From Myxococcota bacterium (GTDB lineage Bacteria > Myxococcota_A > UBA9160 > JAFDDA01): a stretch of DNA of 64,000 nt. The position numbers and the translations under genes are program-made. The first letter of the stretch is position 1. Every line of letters starts with the position of its first letter. The stretch covers positions 3,968,001 to 4,032,000 of the forward strand of contig OZ245817.1 in NCBI GenBank assembly GCA_965228475.1, written 5' to 3'. The notes beneath the pieces were generated by a model. That model was not told the DNA's origin. It saw nothing but the letters and a program-made list of their open reading frames with translations, and did not search any database. This document shows positions 1-10,720 of the stretch, in pieces.

Positions 1-798
1 GCCTCGCGACTCATCTCCCGCCTGATCTGGCGATTGATCTACCGGCGCGCCTTCGAGCCCGGAGCCGCGCTCGCCTTCCAGAGCCTGACGTTCTATGCGC
101 TCCTGGTCGCCTTCTTCCTGATCGCGCTTCGTACGGTGAACATTCCGCTGACGGCCTTCGCGCTGCTCGGCGGTGCGCTCGCCATCGGCCTGGGTTTCGG
201 CAGCCAGAACGTGATCGGGAACTTCATCGGCGGCCTGATCCTGCTCGTGGAGCGGCCGATCAAGGTGGGCGACATCGTCGAGGTCGACGGCGTGACGGGC
301 ATCATCGACCGCGTCGGCCCACGCAGCACCCAGATCCGGACCTTCGACAATCTCCACATCATCGTTCCGAACAGCCTCCTGCTCGAGCAGAAGGTCGTGA
401 ACTGGAACCTCACGGACGACACCGTTCGGCGTCAGGTGATGGTGGGCGTCGCCTACGACGCGCCCGTCCGGGAGGTCACGAAGCTCATCCGTCGCGCCAT
501 CGACGAGCACGGCCGAATCCTGAACCAGCCCGAACCACGCATCCTCTTCCACGACTTCGGCGACAGCGCCCTCGTGTTCCGCGCCCTCTTCTGGCTGAAG
601 ATCGAGACGAACGTCAGCATGATCGAGATCGAGAGCGATCTGCGTCACCGCATCTTCAACCTCTTCAACGAGGCGGGGATCACGATCTCGTTCCCGCAGC
701 GGGACGTCCACCTCGACGCCACGGGCCCGATCGAGGTACGGATGCTCCCGCCCGACGCGCCGCAGGAGAGCGGCGGGAAGGCCGGGGAAGAGCGCTAG
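1..798 (+). CDS. Mechanosensitive ion channel, MscS family (5' truncated by window)
   Basis: GGALAIGLGFGSQNVIGNFIGGLILLVERPIKVGD and IIVPNS MscS motifs; frame open from window start. Confidence 0.9.
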   Translation, partial: ASRLISRLIWRLIYRRAFEPGAALAFQSLTFYALLVAFFLIALRTVNIPLTAFALLGGALAIGLGFGSQNVIGNFIGGLILLVERPIKVGDIVEVDGVTGIIDRVGPRSTQIRTFDNLHIIVPNSLLLEQKVVNWNLTDDTVRRQVMVGVAYDAPVREVTKLIRRAIDEHGRILNQPEPRILFHDFGDSALVFRALFWLKIETNVSMIEIESDLRHRIFNLFNEAGITISFPQRDVHLDATGPIEVRMLPPDAPQESGGKAGEER

Positions 799-1316
799 CG
801 GCGGCCCGCGGGCTTGCCGAGCAGGTTCCGGTGCGCGACGTCGACGTAGACGCGTCCGAGCGCCGTTCTGCCGAGCAGCACGCGGTGGATCATCTTGCTG
901 CGGTCGACGAGGCTGAACTCGACCTCGCGCTCGAGCGGGCCGAGACGCATCGTCGTGCTGACGAACCAGCGGGTCTCGTACTCGCCGTTGCTCGAGCGGA
1001 CCCGGGAGCGGCGGCGGACCCGGGCCGTCACGCGCTTGCGCCGGCTCCGCTTCTTGCGGTCGAGGACGACGTCGAAGGCCACGCGGCCCCGGCCGAGCTG
1101 CTCGATCTCGTCGACGTGGAGAGCGCTCGAGCGAGCGCCGGTGTCCATCTTGGCGCGAACGGCGCGGATGCCCCACTCGGGGAGGGCCACGTACTCCGTC
1201 CAGCCCACGATGAGCGCGCCGTCGGGCCAGGCCCGGCGCACGGCCGGTTTCTCGCCGGGGACGCCCGGAAGCCGGGAGCGCGCCTTCTTTGCCCTGCTAC
1301 CGTCGGGTCCGTGCAC
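795..1316 (-). CDS. RimK-associated retropepsin-like (putative ATP-dependent zinc) protease
   Basis: [38 protein letters not shown]; next to rimK; start placed at GTG 1316 (uncertain). Confidence 0.8.
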   Translation of the reverse strand: MHGPDGSRAKKARSRLPGVPGEKPAVRRAWPDGALIVGWTEYVALPEWGIRAVRAKMDTGARSSALHVDEIEQLGRGRVAFDVVLDRKKRSRRKRVTARVRRRSRVRSSNGEYETRWFVSTTMRLGPLEREVEFSLVDRSKMIHRVLLGRTALGRVYVDVAHRNLLGKPAGRR

Positions 1317-2360
1317 GACGGCGGCGATCCTATCACAGTGGCGGGGGTCCGAGTCGATCCGGGCGAACGCGAACGCATCGACGTCCCGGTCGCCCGGTCC
1401 TACGGGCGGGAGTCGACGCTCCCCGTGATCGTCGTCAACGGAAGGCACCCGGGCCCGCACCTTTTCGTCTCGGCGGCGATCCACGGCGACGAGATCAACG
1501 GCGTCGAGATCATCCGCCGGCTGCTCGGCACCCAGTTCATGAAGCGCATCCACGGAGCGCTGATCGCCGTCCCGGTGGTGAACGTCTATGGGTTCACCGC
1601 GCAGAGCCGCTACCTGCCCGACCGGCGCGACCTGAACCGGGCGTTTCCCGGCTCACCGAAGGGCTCCCTCGCCTCGCGCCTCGCCCACGCCTTCATGGGC
1701 GAAGTCGTGAGCCAGGCCACCCACGGGATCGATCTCCACACCGGCTCGAACCACCGCACCAACCTGCCCCAGATCCGCGCCTGCCTCGACCAGAAGGAGA
1801 CCGCCCGGCTGGCGATGGCCTTCGGCTGCCCGGTCGTCCTGAACGCGGATCTCCGGGACGGGTCGCTCCGCCAGGCGGTCATGGAAAAGCAGGTCCCGAT
1901 GCTGCTCTACGAAGCCGGCGAGGCGCTGCGCTTCGACGAGGTCGCCATCCGCGCCGGCGTGCGGGGCGTGCTTTCGGTGATGCGCGCGATCGGCATGCTG
2001 AAGGCGGGGGCGAAGAAGCCGACCGACGTGAAGCCGCTCGTGGCGCGGCGCAGCCAGTGGGTCCGGGCCGCCTCGAGCGGCACGCTCCGCACCCACGTCG
2101 CCCTCGGCGCTCGCGTGGCGCGCGGAGACGAGCTCGGGTTCATCGCGGACCCCCTCGCGGGCGGCGAGACCGCCGTGACCGCACCGGCGGCGGGCATCGT
2201 GATCGGCCGCACGAACCTGCCGCTCGTGAACGAAGGCGATGCCCTCTATCATCTCGCGCTGTTCGGCCGGCCGCGGAAGGCGGCGGCCGGCATCGAAACC
2301 TTCCACGCAGAGCTCGACGTCGGACAGCCGTCGCCCTCTGGGGAGCCTCCGATCGTCTGA
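1311..2360 (+). CDS. Succinylglutamate desuccinylase/aspartoacylase family (M14-like) protein
   Basis: [30 protein letters not shown] motifs; GTG 1311 preceded by TGcTACCGT; the ORF-track extension to 831 overlaps the protease gene. Confidence 0.88.
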   Translation: MHDGGDPITVAGVRVDPGERERIDVPVARSYGRESTLPVIVVNGRHPGPHLFVSAAIHGDEINGVEIIRRLLGTQFMKRIHGALIAVPVVNVYGFTAQSRYLPDRRDLNRAFPGSPKGSLASRLAHAFMGEVVSQATHGIDLHTGSNHRTNLPQIRACLDQKETARLAMAFGCPVVLNADLRDGSLRQAVMEKQVPMLLYEAGEALRFDEVAIRAGVRGVLSVMRAIGMLKAGAKKPTDVKPLVARRSQWVRAASSGTLRTHVALGARVARGDELGFIADPLAGGETAVTAPAAGIVIGRTNLPLVNEGDALYHLALFGRPRKAAAGIETFHAELDVGQPSPSGEPPIV

Positions 2361-3280
2361 TGGGTGACAAGAAACTGAAGATCGCCGTTCTTTCACGGGG
2401 GCCGCAGCTCTACTCGACCCGCCGACTCGTCGAGGCCGCCGAGAAGGCGGGCCATGAGGCCCACGTCATGGACCCGCTGCGCTGCTACATGGACATCACG
2501 TCCCACGACCCGGCGATCCACTACAAGGGCAAGGAGCTCGAGGGCTTCGACGCGGTGATCCCGCGCATCGGCGCGTCCATCACGTTCTACGGGACGGCGG
2601 TACTTCGCCAGTTCGAGATGATGAACGTGTTCACGGTGAACGAATCCGTGGCCATCTCTCGCTCCCGCGACAAGCTGCGGTCCCTTCAGCTGCTCTCGCG
2701 CAAGGGGATCGGCCTGCCGGTCACGGGCTTCGCGCACTCGACGCGTTACACGGCGGACCTGATCGACCTCGTCGGCGGTGCACCACTGGTCGTGAAGCTG
2801 CTCGAGGGCACCCAGGGCATGGGCGTCGTCCTGTGCGAAACCAAGAAGGCCGCCGAGAGCGTGATCGACGCCTTCCGGGAACTCGACGCCCAGTTCATGG
2901 TGCAGGAGTTCATCAAGGAGGCCGGCGGTTCGGACATCCGCGCGCTCGTCGTCGGCGGAAAGGTCGTCGGCGCCATGATGCGCACCGGCCAGGAGGGGGA
3001 GTTCCGCTCGAACCTCCATCGCGGTGGATCGGCCAAGGTCATCAAGATCACGCCGGAAGAACGCAGCACGGCGGTGCGATCGGCGAAGATCATGGGCCTG
3101 AACGTTGCCGGCGTCGACATCCTCCGCTCGAAGCACGGGCCGGTCGTGATGGAGGTGAACTCCTCTCCCGGGCTCGAGGGCATCGAGGCGGCCACCGAGA
3201 AGGACATCGCCGGCAAGATCATCGACTTCATCGAGAGCAACGCGAGCCCCGGCAAGACGAAGACCCGCGGAAAGGGCTGA
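2360..3280 (+). CDS. rimK: RimK ATP-grasp glutamate ligase
   Basis: [58 protein letters not shown] coupling to upstream gene. Confidence 0.93.
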   Translation: MGDKKLKIAVLSRGPQLYSTRRLVEAAEKAGHEAHVMDPLRCYMDITSHDPAIHYKGKELEGFDAVIPRIGASITFYGTAVLRQFEMMNVFTVNESVAISRSRDKLRSLQLLSRKGIGLPVTGFAHSTRYTADLIDLVGGAPLVVKLLEGTQGMGVVLCETKKAAESVIDAFRELDAQFMVQEFIKEAGGSDIRALVVGGKVVGAMMRTGQEGEFRSNLHRGGSAKVIKITPEERSTAVRSAKIMGLNVAGVDILRSKHGPVVMEVNSSPGLEGIEAATEKDIAGKIIDFIESNASPGKTKTRGKG

Positions 3281-3292
3281 GCCCACGCGGGA

Positions 3293-6037
3293 TCAATCGA
3301 TCCGGCTGGTGTTCTCGACGAGCCGCCGGGCCTGGATCTTGTTCAGGTTGTAGAGGATCGTCGCCGCGATGCGCGGGTGGCGGCGGCGCACGCGGTCGAG
3401 ATCGTCCTCGTCGAAGACGAGGAGCCTCGCCGCCGTCTCGGTATCCACGTCGGCGGAGCGCTTGCGCTGGAAGAGCGCGACCTCGCCGAGCACGTCGCCC
3501 CGCTTCATGTGCGAGAGCGTCGTGCGCTCGCCGTCGCGTTCGAGCGAGGCGACGAGCGAGCCGTCGATGATCACGAACATCTCGCTGCCCTCTTCCCCCT
3601 CGGTGATCAGCCGCTCGCCGGCCTCGATCTCACGCACCTCGGAGAGCAGGGCGAAGATCCGCGCCTGGCGTGGACGCAGGCCGCGGAAGAGCGGGATCGT
3701 TTCGTTCGGCGCGCGGCCGAGGTCGAGCGTCAGCGCGTCCCAGAGGGTCACGATCTTCACGCCCGAGGCCAGCGCCGGGGTCAACGTGACGTCGACGAGC
3801 CAGGCCACGGCCAGGGTGAAGGCCGCGAGCATGCCGAAGTCGGCCTGGCTCTGGAGCTCGCTCGAGAGCAGGACGCCGAAGCCGAGGCACAGGCCGAGCG
3901 TCGTGAACGTCACCGGCCCGATGACGTCGCGAAGCGCTTCTCCGGTGGCGGCATGTTCGTCGGCCAGCCGCTTCGCATCGGCATTGAAGCGCGCGAGGTA
4001 GTGGACGGTGTCGTCGACGGCGATGCCGAGGGCGATGCAGGCGATGAGGCTCGTCGAGGGGTTCAGCGTGATTCCGGTGAAGCCGAGGGCGCCGAAGTAC
4101 GCGGCGATCGGCAGGACGTTCGGGAAGAGCGCGAGCAGGCCGATGCGCAGCGAGGTGAACATCGTCGCCAGGATCACGTAGATCACCAGGAGGGCCAGGC
4201 CGAGGCTCTGGGCCTGCCCGCGCACGATGTCGTCGAGGGTGCGGTTCAGGAGCACGATCTCTCCCGTCACGGTGGCGTCGACGTAGTCCGGGAGCGTCGC
4301 CACGTGCGCCTCGACCCGCGCGACGAGATCCGTCACCGCCTCGGAGTTCGGCGCCCGGGCGCGGACGAAGACGTTCACCGCGCCGAACCCCCGCTCGACG
4401 AAGGACCACGCTTCGTCGTTCGATCCGAACAGGAAGATCTGCTTCGTGGCGTTCTTGCTCGGCGGCAGGCGATAGGCGGCCGGGTCGCCGTCGTTCATCT
4501 CCCGGTGCAGGAGCATCAGGTAGTCCGCGAAGGACGTCGTGGTCGCGATCTCGGGCTGGGCTTCGAGCCACTCCTGGAGCCCCTTCACCACCGCGAGATG
4601 CTCCGGGTCGAGGAAGGCCTCGGGGACGCTGCTCTCGAGCACGATGTAGAACGGCTCGGAGCCGCGGAAGCGCTCGCCGATCGCCTCGTAGTCCGCCCGC
4701 ACCACGGAGTCCGCCTCGAAGTTCTCGACGTACTCCGTACCGACGTGGATGCGGGTCATGCCGAAGACGGCGAGGCCGAGGGCCAGCCCGCCCGCGGTGA
4801 GGACCGCGGTGCGGTGCTTCAGGTCGAAGACGGCCAGCCGGTCCGCGGCGCGCAGGAGCGCGCGGTCGATGCGGCCGTCTTCGCGAAGCCGCGTCGGCCC
4901 GGCGCAGGCCAGCGCCGCGGGCGCGAAGGTCAGCGAGGCCAGGACCGTGAAGGCGACGCCCATCACCGCGAGCACGCCGAATTCGCGGATCGCGGTCATG
5001 TCGTTGGTCGCGAGCGAGAGGAACCCGGCCGCCGTGGTCACGCCCGTGATGAGGACGGGCACGCCCACGTCCTTCAGTGCGGCGAGGACGAGCGCCCTTC
5101 GGTCGGGCGCCCCGGCGGCGTGGCGGAGAGCCGTCCGGTACTCGGACATCACGTGGATCGCGTAGGCGAAGCCCACGGTGGCGACGAGCGGCGGAACGAT
5201 CGCCGTCACCAGGTTCAGGGACCAGCCGAGGAAGGCCGCGAAGCCGAGGGTCCAGACGAGCGCGACGGCGATCGTCGCGAGCGGCACCACGACCCCCACC
5301 GCCGAGCGGAACGCCAGGACCAGCACGCCCGCCGCGGCGAGGAAGACGAGCGGCAGGGTGCGGAGGAGATCCGCCTGGAGTGCGCGATTCAGCGCCACCT
5401 TCACGACGGGCGTCCCCGTCACCCGCGCGAGGAGCGGCCCGCGCTCCGCTTCGAGGACCGCGGCGATCTCCCGGTCGATGCTTCGCGCGACGAGCTCCCG
5501 GTCCGGGATCTCGTCGAAGTAGACGAGGATCGCGGCGGCCTTGGCGTCGGGGCTCGCGAGCAGGCCTTCGTAGATGGGATTGCGCGCGAGCGCCTCCCGA
5601 ACGGCCGCCGCCTCCTCGGGCGTCTGCGGCGCCGGCTCGAGGAAGCCCTCGATCCGCAGGTCGCCCTCGACGCCGCGCACGTCGAGGGCGGTCGAGAGCG
5701 AGAGCACCCGCGCCACGCCGTCGAGCGCCGCGAGCCCTTCGCTCACGCGGGCGACCCGCGCGAGCGCGTCCGGCGCGAAGATGCTGCCGGACGGCTCCTG
5801 CGCCTCGAGCGTCACGAGCACGATCTCGTCGTTCCCGAACCGCTGCCGGACGCTCTCGTAGAAGGCGACCTCCGGGTCGTCGCCCGGAAGCAGGCGATGG
5901 ATCGACGGGTCGACCCACAGACGGAGCGCCCCGGTCCGGAAATCGACCAGGCCGTGGAGCGCGATCAGGGTCAGGGCGCCGACGGCCGCCAGCACGAGCC
6001 GCGGGCGGGATGCGACGAGGGTGAACAGTCGGTTCAA
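3293..6037 (-). CDS. MMPL/RND family transporter with C-terminal cyclic-nucleotide-binding domain
   Basis: Two TM bundles (GFAYAIH; GIAVDDTVH); C-terminal LITEGEEGSEMFVI..GEVALF..RSADV; TTG 6037 with GGAG upstream. Confidence 0.85.
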   Translation of the reverse strand: MNRLFTLVASRPRLVLAAVGALTLIALHGLVDFRTGALRLWVDPSIHRLLPGDDPEVAFYESVRQRFGNDEIVLVTLEAQEPSGSIFAPDALARVARVSEGLAALDGVARVLSLSTALDVRGVEGDLRIEGFLEPAPQTPEEAAAVREALARNPIYEGLLASPDAKAAAILVYFDEIPDRELVARSIDREIAAVLEAERGPLLARVTGTPVVKVALNRALQADLLRTLPLVFLAAAGVLVLAFRSAVGVVVPLATIAVALVWTLGFAAFLGWSLNLVTAIVPPLVATVGFAYAIHVMSEYRTALRHAAGAPDRRALVLAALKDVGVPVLITGVTTAAGFLSLATNDMTAIREFGVLAVMGVAFTVLASLTFAPAALACAGPTRLREDGRIDRALLRAADRLAVFDLKHRTAVLTAGGLALGLAVFGMTRIHVGTEYVENFEADSVVRADYEAIGERFRGSEPFYIVLESSVPEAFLDPEHLAVVKGLQEWLEAQPEIATTTSFADYLMLLHREMNDGDPAAYRLPPSKNATKQIFLFGSNDEAWSFVERGFGAVNVFVRARAPNSEAVTDLVARVEAHVATLPDYVDATVTGEIVLLNRTLDDIVRGQAQSLGLALLVIYVILATMFTSLRIGLLALFPNVLPIAAYFGALGFTGITLNPSTSLIACIALGIAVDDTVHYLARFNADAKRLADEHAATGEALRDVIGPVTFTTLGLCLGFGVLLSSELQSQADFGMLAAFTLAVAWLVDVTLTPALASGVKIVTLWDALTLDLGRAPNETIPLFRGLRPRQARIFALLSEVREIEAGERLITEGEEGSEMFVIIDGSLVASLERDGERTTLSHMKRGDVLGEVALFQRKRSADVDTETAARLLVFDEDDLDRVRRRHPRIAATILYNLNKIQARRLVENTSRID

Positions 6038-6127
6038 GGAACGGCTCCGGGCGCCCGGCTCGGCGGGTCGCCCAACCTTACGCGAAACCACGGATTTTTG
6101 AGCCGGAACCTGGGTCCTGGGCGTCGG

Positions 6128-6163
6128 TTGACGATCATAGTCATCACTCTTATAGTAGTGACT
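6128..6163 (+). promoter_or_regulatory. Sigma70-type promoter with overlapping imperfect dyad, upstream of MerR-men operon
   Basis: TTGACG(6128)-17 nt-TATAGT(6151); dyad AGTCAtcACT...AGTagTGACT; AT-rich island. Confidence 0.7.
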
Positions 6164-6166
6164 CTC

Positions 6167-6937
6167 ATGAAAGAACCGCGAGAATACCGGGTGGAGGAGC
6201 TGGCGGCGGCCGCGGGGGTCGGGGTCGACACGCTCCGCTTCTATCAGGCCCGCGGACTGCTTCCTTCGCCTGCGCGGGTCGGCCGGCGGGCCGTCTACGG
6301 CGAGCGTCACCTCGAGCGCCTGCAGCGGGTCCGCGAACTCCAACAGCAGGGCTTCTCCCTCGCCCAGATCGCGCGCCTCGTCGAACGGCCCAAGGCCCGC
6401 GCCGAGGCTCCACTCCTTCGCGCACTCGTGGAAGAAGGCGGCGGTGGTGGACGCAGGCTCACCCGGGCCGAACTCGCCGCGGAAGCCGGCGTCCCGGAGG
6501 CGCTCGTGCGCGCGGTCGAAGCCTCGGGCATCGCGGAACCGCTCGGCGTGGGAGACGAAGCCACCTTCGGCGAAGCGGACCTCGACATGGCCCGCGCCGC
6601 GATGCGCGTGCTCGAAGCCGGTTTCCCGCTCACCACGCTGATGCAGCTGGCCTTGCGCCACGCGCACGAAGTGAACGAGACCTGCGAAGCGGCCATCGAC
6701 CTCTTCGACGAGCACGTCCGCCGGGCCGGCCCCGCGGAAGACGACCCGGACGCCATCACCGAAGCCTTCCGAACGCTCCTGCCCCAGGTGACGCGCCTGG
6801 TCGCCCTGCACTTCCAGAGGACCCTGGTGAACCGGGCCCTCGAACGCCTTTCGGGAAGCGACGACGCCGACGCGCTCGCCGCTGCCCGAGCCGCCACCGA
6901 AGCCGCCCGTCTGGAGGTCGCCGTCCGTTGGCGCTAG
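6167..6937 (+). CDS. MerR-family transcriptional regulator (second HTH-like segment)
   Basis: YRVEELAAAAGVGVDTLRFYQARGLL..GFSLAQI; second LTRAELAAEAGV segment. Confidence 0.88.
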   Translation: MKEPREYRVEELAAAAGVGVDTLRFYQARGLLPSPARVGRRAVYGERHLERLQRVRELQQQGFSLAQIARLVERPKARAEAPLLRALVEEGGGGGRRLTRAELAAEAGVPEALVRAVEASGIAEPLGVGDEATFGEADLDMARAAMRVLEAGFPLTTLMQLALRHAHEVNETCEAAIDLFDEHVRRAGPAEDDPDAITEAFRTLLPQVTRLVALHFQRTLVNRALERLSGSDDADALAAARAATEAARLEVAVRWR

Positions 6938-7650
6938 AGGCACTTCCGGCCCCAAGCGAAAAACGCCGGGCCGTCCGCGCGATGTTCGACCGCATCGCTC
7001 CCCGCTACGACCGCATGAACCGCTTGCTCACCGCCGGGCTCGACCAGCGCTGGCGCCGGGAAGCGCTCGACCTGGTCGCCGTCGGCCCCGGGGACCGGCT
7101 CGTGGACGTCGCGTGCGGTACGGGCGACCTCTCGGAGCTCGCCGCCGCGCGCGGGGCCCGGGTGCTCGGCGCCGACTTCGCCCTCGAGATGCTGCGCGGC
7201 GCCGAGCGGCGCCGGGTCGACGCCGGGCTCGTTCTCGCGGACGGCGCGAGGCTCCCGCTCGCCGACGGCGCCGCCACCGTCGCCACCTGCGGGTTCGCCC
7301 TGCGGAACTTCGAGGCGCTGCCGCCGGTCTTCGCCGAGATGGCACGCGTGCTCGAGCCGGGCGGGCGGCTCGCGATCCTCGAAGTCGACCGCCCGCGCTC
7401 GCGCTGGCTGCGCGCGGGCCACGGTTTCTACTTCGACCGGGTGGTCCCGTTCGTCGGCGGCCTGCTCTCGGACCGCCGGGCCTACGCCTATCTCCCCCAG
7501 TCGACGGTCTACCTGCCCGAGCCCGAGGTGGTCTCGGCCTGGCTCGAGGCCGCGGGGTTCGAGCGCGTCGAGCGGCGCGTCCGGGGATTCGGCGCGGTCC
7601 AGATCCTGACCGCGATCCGAACGGAGGAGGCCGCGCCGTGCGCTACCTGA
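6928..7650 (+). CDS. menG: Demethylmenaquinone methyltransferase (UbiE/MenG)
   Basis: MFDRIAPRYDRMNRLL, DVACGTGD, GFALRN, AYAYLPQS; men operon context. Confidence 0.88.
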   Translation: MALEALPAPSEKRRAVRAMFDRIAPRYDRMNRLLTAGLDQRWRREALDLVAVGPGDRLVDVACGTGDLSELAAARGARVLGADFALEMLRGAERRRVDAGLVLADGARLPLADGAATVATCGFALRNFEALPPVFAEMARVLEPGGRLAILEVDRPRSRWLRAGHGFYFDRVVPFVGGLLSDRRAYAYLPQSTVYLPEPEVVSAWLEAAGFERVERRVRGFGAVQILTAIRTEEAAPCAT

Positions 7651-8954
7651 TGCTCGCGCGGCGGGTCCCGGCCCTCGACGCGCTGCACGCGTGGGCGGCG
7701 GCGCCAGCGGGCGACGCGTTCTACCTCGAACATCCCGCCGAGGGGACGGCCCGGCTCGCCCTCGGCCGGCGCGCGACGATCACCGCCTCCGGGCCCGAGC
7801 GCTTCGAGAGCTGCGCGCGCGGCGGCCACGAACTCCTTTCCCGCATCGAACGATGCGGCGACCCCGGGGCGCCCGACCCGTTCCTCGCCGGGGGTTTCGC
7901 CTTCGCCGACGGCCCGGCCCGAGCGCCCTGGCGCCGCTTCCCGAGTGCCGAGTGGGTCCTTCCGGAGCGCGCCCTTCTCCGCCGCGGCGAAGAGACCTGG
8001 CTGACCGCGACGGCGCCGCTTCGCGATGGCCCCGCGAAGCGCCAGCAGGAAGCCCTCAATGCGGTCGTGGAAGACTGGCGTCGGCGGATCGAGGTGACCC
8101 GTCTCTTGCCGGCGGAACCGGCGGCGCCCCTGCACCGCGTCGTTGCGGACGAAGCGCCGGCCGGCTTCATGGAACGCGTCGAGGACGCCCTCGCCGCGAT
8201 CGCGGAGGGCGAGGCCGAGAAGCTGGTCCTGGCGCGTGGGATCCGGGTCGAACGCGAACACGGCTTCGACCGGACGGCGCTTCTCGCGGAGCTGCGTGAG
8301 CACGCGCCCTCGAGCGCCACCTTCGCCGTCGCGCGCGGCGGAACCTGCTTCCTCGGCGCGACGCCCGAGCGGCTTCTCCGGCGCCGGGGCCTCGAGGCGG
8401 AGTCCATGGCGCTCGCGGGAACGATGCCCCGAGGCCGCAACCCGGAGGAAGACGCCGAGTTCGCCCGCCGCCTGCGCGAGAGCAAGAAGGAGCAGGAGGA
8501 GCACGCGGTGGTCGTGCGCTTTCTGCGCGAGCAGCTCTCGCAGGAAGCGGAAGACGTCACGGCACTCGAAGCGCCGGAGATCCTGCCGCTCGAAGCGATG
8601 CAGCACCTGAAGACGCGGGTCTCGGCGCGGCTCGAGCGGCCCGTTCCCCTCCTCCGCCTCGCGGGCCGGCTCCATCCGACCCCGGCCACGGCGGGCATGC
8701 CGCGCAGCGAGGCGCTCGCCTGGCTGCGGCGCAACGAACCGCTCGAGCGGGGCTGGTACGCGGGCCCGCTCGGCTTCACGGACGCGAACGGCGATGGCGA
8801 ACTCTGGGTCGCGCTCCGCTGCGGCCTCCTGCGCGAAGCCCGGGCGCACCTGTTCGCGGGCGTGGGCATCGTCGCCGGCTCGCAGCCGGGCGCCGAGCTG
8901 CGCGAGACCCGCCTGAAGTTCGGAACCCTCCTCTCGCGCCTGCTCGAGGTCTGA
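7638..8954 (+). CDS. menF: Isochorismate synthase
   Basis: KLVLAR, FLGATPERL, ALAGT, LHPTPA, RGWYAG, AGVGIVAGS; GGAGG SD before GTG 7638. Confidence 0.88.
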   Translation: MRYLMLARRVPALDALHAWAAAPAGDAFYLEHPAEGTARLALGRRATITASGPERFESCARGGHELLSRIERCGDPGAPDPFLAGGFAFADGPARAPWRRFPSAEWVLPERALLRRGEETWLTATAPLRDGPAKRQQEALNAVVEDWRRRIEVTRLLPAEPAAPLHRVVADEAPAGFMERVEDALAAIAEGEAEKLVLARGIRVEREHGFDRTALLAELREHAPSSATFAVARGGTCFLGATPERLLRRRGLEAESMALAGTMPRGRNPEEDAEFARRLRESKKEQEEHAVVVRFLREQLSQEAEDVTALEAPEILPLEAMQHLKTRVSARLERPVPLLRLAGRLHPTPATAGMPRSEALAWLRRNEPLERGWYAGPLGFTDANGDGELWVALRCGLLREARAHLFAGVGIVAGSQPGAELRETRLKFGTLLSRLLEV

Positions 8955-8956
8955 GC

Positions 8957-10720
8957 ATGTTCGAAACCCGGGCGGCTTCGCCCTCCGACGAATCCCCGGC
9001 CGGCGCCTTCGCGGCCGCGCTGGTGGACGAACTCGCGACCCACGGCGTCCGCGAGGCATGCATCGCTCCGGGCTCCCGATCGACACCGCTCGCGCTGGCC
9101 TGCTACCGCCATCCGGGCATCCGGGTGCACGTCCACCTCGACGAGCGCAGCGCTGGCTTCTTCGCGCTCGGGCTCGCAAAGGCGTCGCGCGTGCCCGTGG
9201 CGGTCGTCTGCACCTCCGGCACGGCGGCGGCGAACCTTCTCCCGGCGGTCGTCGAAGCGGATCTCGGCCGGGTCCCCCTCGTCGTGCTCACCGCGGACCG
9301 CCCTCCCGAACTCCAGGACTGGGGCGCCGCGCAGACCATCGACCAGAAGCACCTGTTCGGGCGCCACGCGCGCTGGTTCGCCGACGCGCCGGTTCCGGAT
9401 GGCACCTCGGGCGTGTTCCGGACGGCCGCGGCGCTCGGCGCACGGGCGGCCGTGGTTGCCGCCGGGAGCCCTGCCGGCGCCGTCCACCTGAACCTGCCCT
9501 TCCGCGAGCCGCTGGCTTCGCCGCCACCCCCGGAAGACGCGCGGCGCTCGGGTCTGGAGGGGCACTCGGCGCGAGAATGGCGCGCCGGCCCGGGCGTCGA
9601 CCCGGAGGCCATCGCGCTCCTGCACGAACTCTCCCGCGAACACGAACACGGGCTGATCCTCTGTGGCCCGCTCGACGAACCCGACGCCGCCGACGCCATC
9701 GCGGATCTGGCCGCGCGAATCGGGTGGCCGGTACTCGCCGACCCGGCGAGCCAGCTTCGCTGCGGTCCCCACGCCGGGGCCGACGTCCTCGGTCACGCCG
9801 ACCTGCTGCTCGGAACGGACGCGTTCTCGAACCTTCGGCCCTCGGTCGTCCTGCGTTTCGGTGCTCCGATGACGAGCAAGGCCATCACCCGATGGCTCCT
9901 CGCCCACCCGCCCGAGCACGACGTCCGCGTCGACCTCCCGGGCGCGTTCCGGGACCCCGACCATACGGCGACGGACTACGTGCGCGGCTCGGCCGCGGAG
10001 GTCGCGGGAAGTCTCGCGCGCCGATGGTTCGAACCGCGCAAGCCATCGGCCTTCGCCGCCGCGTTCGCACGGGCGGACCGGATCGCCGAACGGACTCTCG
10101 AAGAGGCGCTCGACGCCGGCCCCGCGTTCCTCGCCGCCGGCGTCGCCCGCGCCCTCGGCGCCGCGCTCCCGCCCTGCGAGCAGCTCTATGCCGCGAGCAG
10201 CATGGCCATCCGGGATCTCGACGCCTTCCTCCCGAAGCGGGCGCAGCCCCTTCGCGTTCTCGCGAACCGGGGCGCGAACGGCATCGATGGCCTCGTCTCG
10301 AGCGCGCTCGGTGCCGCGTACGCCGGCCCGACCACCCTGCTCACCGGCGATCTCGGTTTCCTCCACGACGCGAGCGGCCTTCTCCGCGCTGGCCCCTCGC
10401 AGGTCCCCCTCGTGATCGTCGTCTTGAACGACGATGGGGGGGGGATCTTTTCCTACCTGCCCGCCGCCGGAATCGTCGAGCCCGAAGCGTTCGAGACCCT
10501 CTTCCGGACCCCACATGGCCGCGACCTCGGCGCCCTCTGCCGCGGGTTCGGCCTGCCGCACGCCCGCGTCGACTCACGCGGCGCCTTCCTCGAAGCCTTC
10601 GAAGCGGCTCGGGGAGCGGGCGGACCCGCAGTCGTCGAAGTCCCGATCGACGCCGAAGCGAACGTCGCCGAACACCGCACTCTCCGAGCGAGGGTCGCCC
10701 GCGCGCTGGCCTCCGGATGA
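8957..10720 (+). CDS. menD: SEPHCHC synthase (TPP-dependent)
   Basis: PGSRSTPL, DERSAGFFALG, CTSGTA, TADRPPEL, NRGANGIDG, GDLGFLHD. Confidence 0.95.
   Translation: MFETRAASPSDESPAGAFAAALVDELATHGVREACIAPGSRSTPLALACYRHPGIRVHVHLDERSAGFFALGLAKASRVPVAVVCTSGTAAANLLPAVVEADLGRVPLVVLTADRPPELQDWGAAQTIDQKHLFGRHARWFADAPVPDGTSGVFRTAAALGARAAVVAAGSPAGAVHLNLPFREPLASPPPPEDARRSGLEGHSAREWRAGPGVDPEAIALLHELSREHEHGLILCGPLDEPDAADAIADLAARIGWPVLADPASQLRCGPHAGADVLGHADLLLGTDAFSNLRPSVVLRFGAPMTSKAITRWLLAHPPEHDVRVDLPGAFRDPDHTATDYVRGSAAEVAGSLARRWFEPRKPSAFAAAFARADRIAERTLEEALDAGPAFLAAGVARALGAALPPCEQLYAASSMAIRDLDAFLPKRAQPLRVLANRGANGIDGLVSSALGAAYAGPTTLLTGDLGFLHDASGLLRAGPSQVPLVIVVLNDDGGGIFSYLPAAGIVEPEAFETLFRTPHGRDLGALCRGFGLPHARVDSRGAFLEAFEAARGAGGPAVVEVPIDAEANVAEHRTLRARVARALASG

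Noticed and set aside
831..1310. N-terminal extensions or apparent fusions in track ORFs (831-2360, 1289-3280, 3293-6955, 3377-6937, 54966-58937)
   Set aside because: Stop-free shadows over neighbouring genes; internal starts fit the motifs and SD/promoter signals
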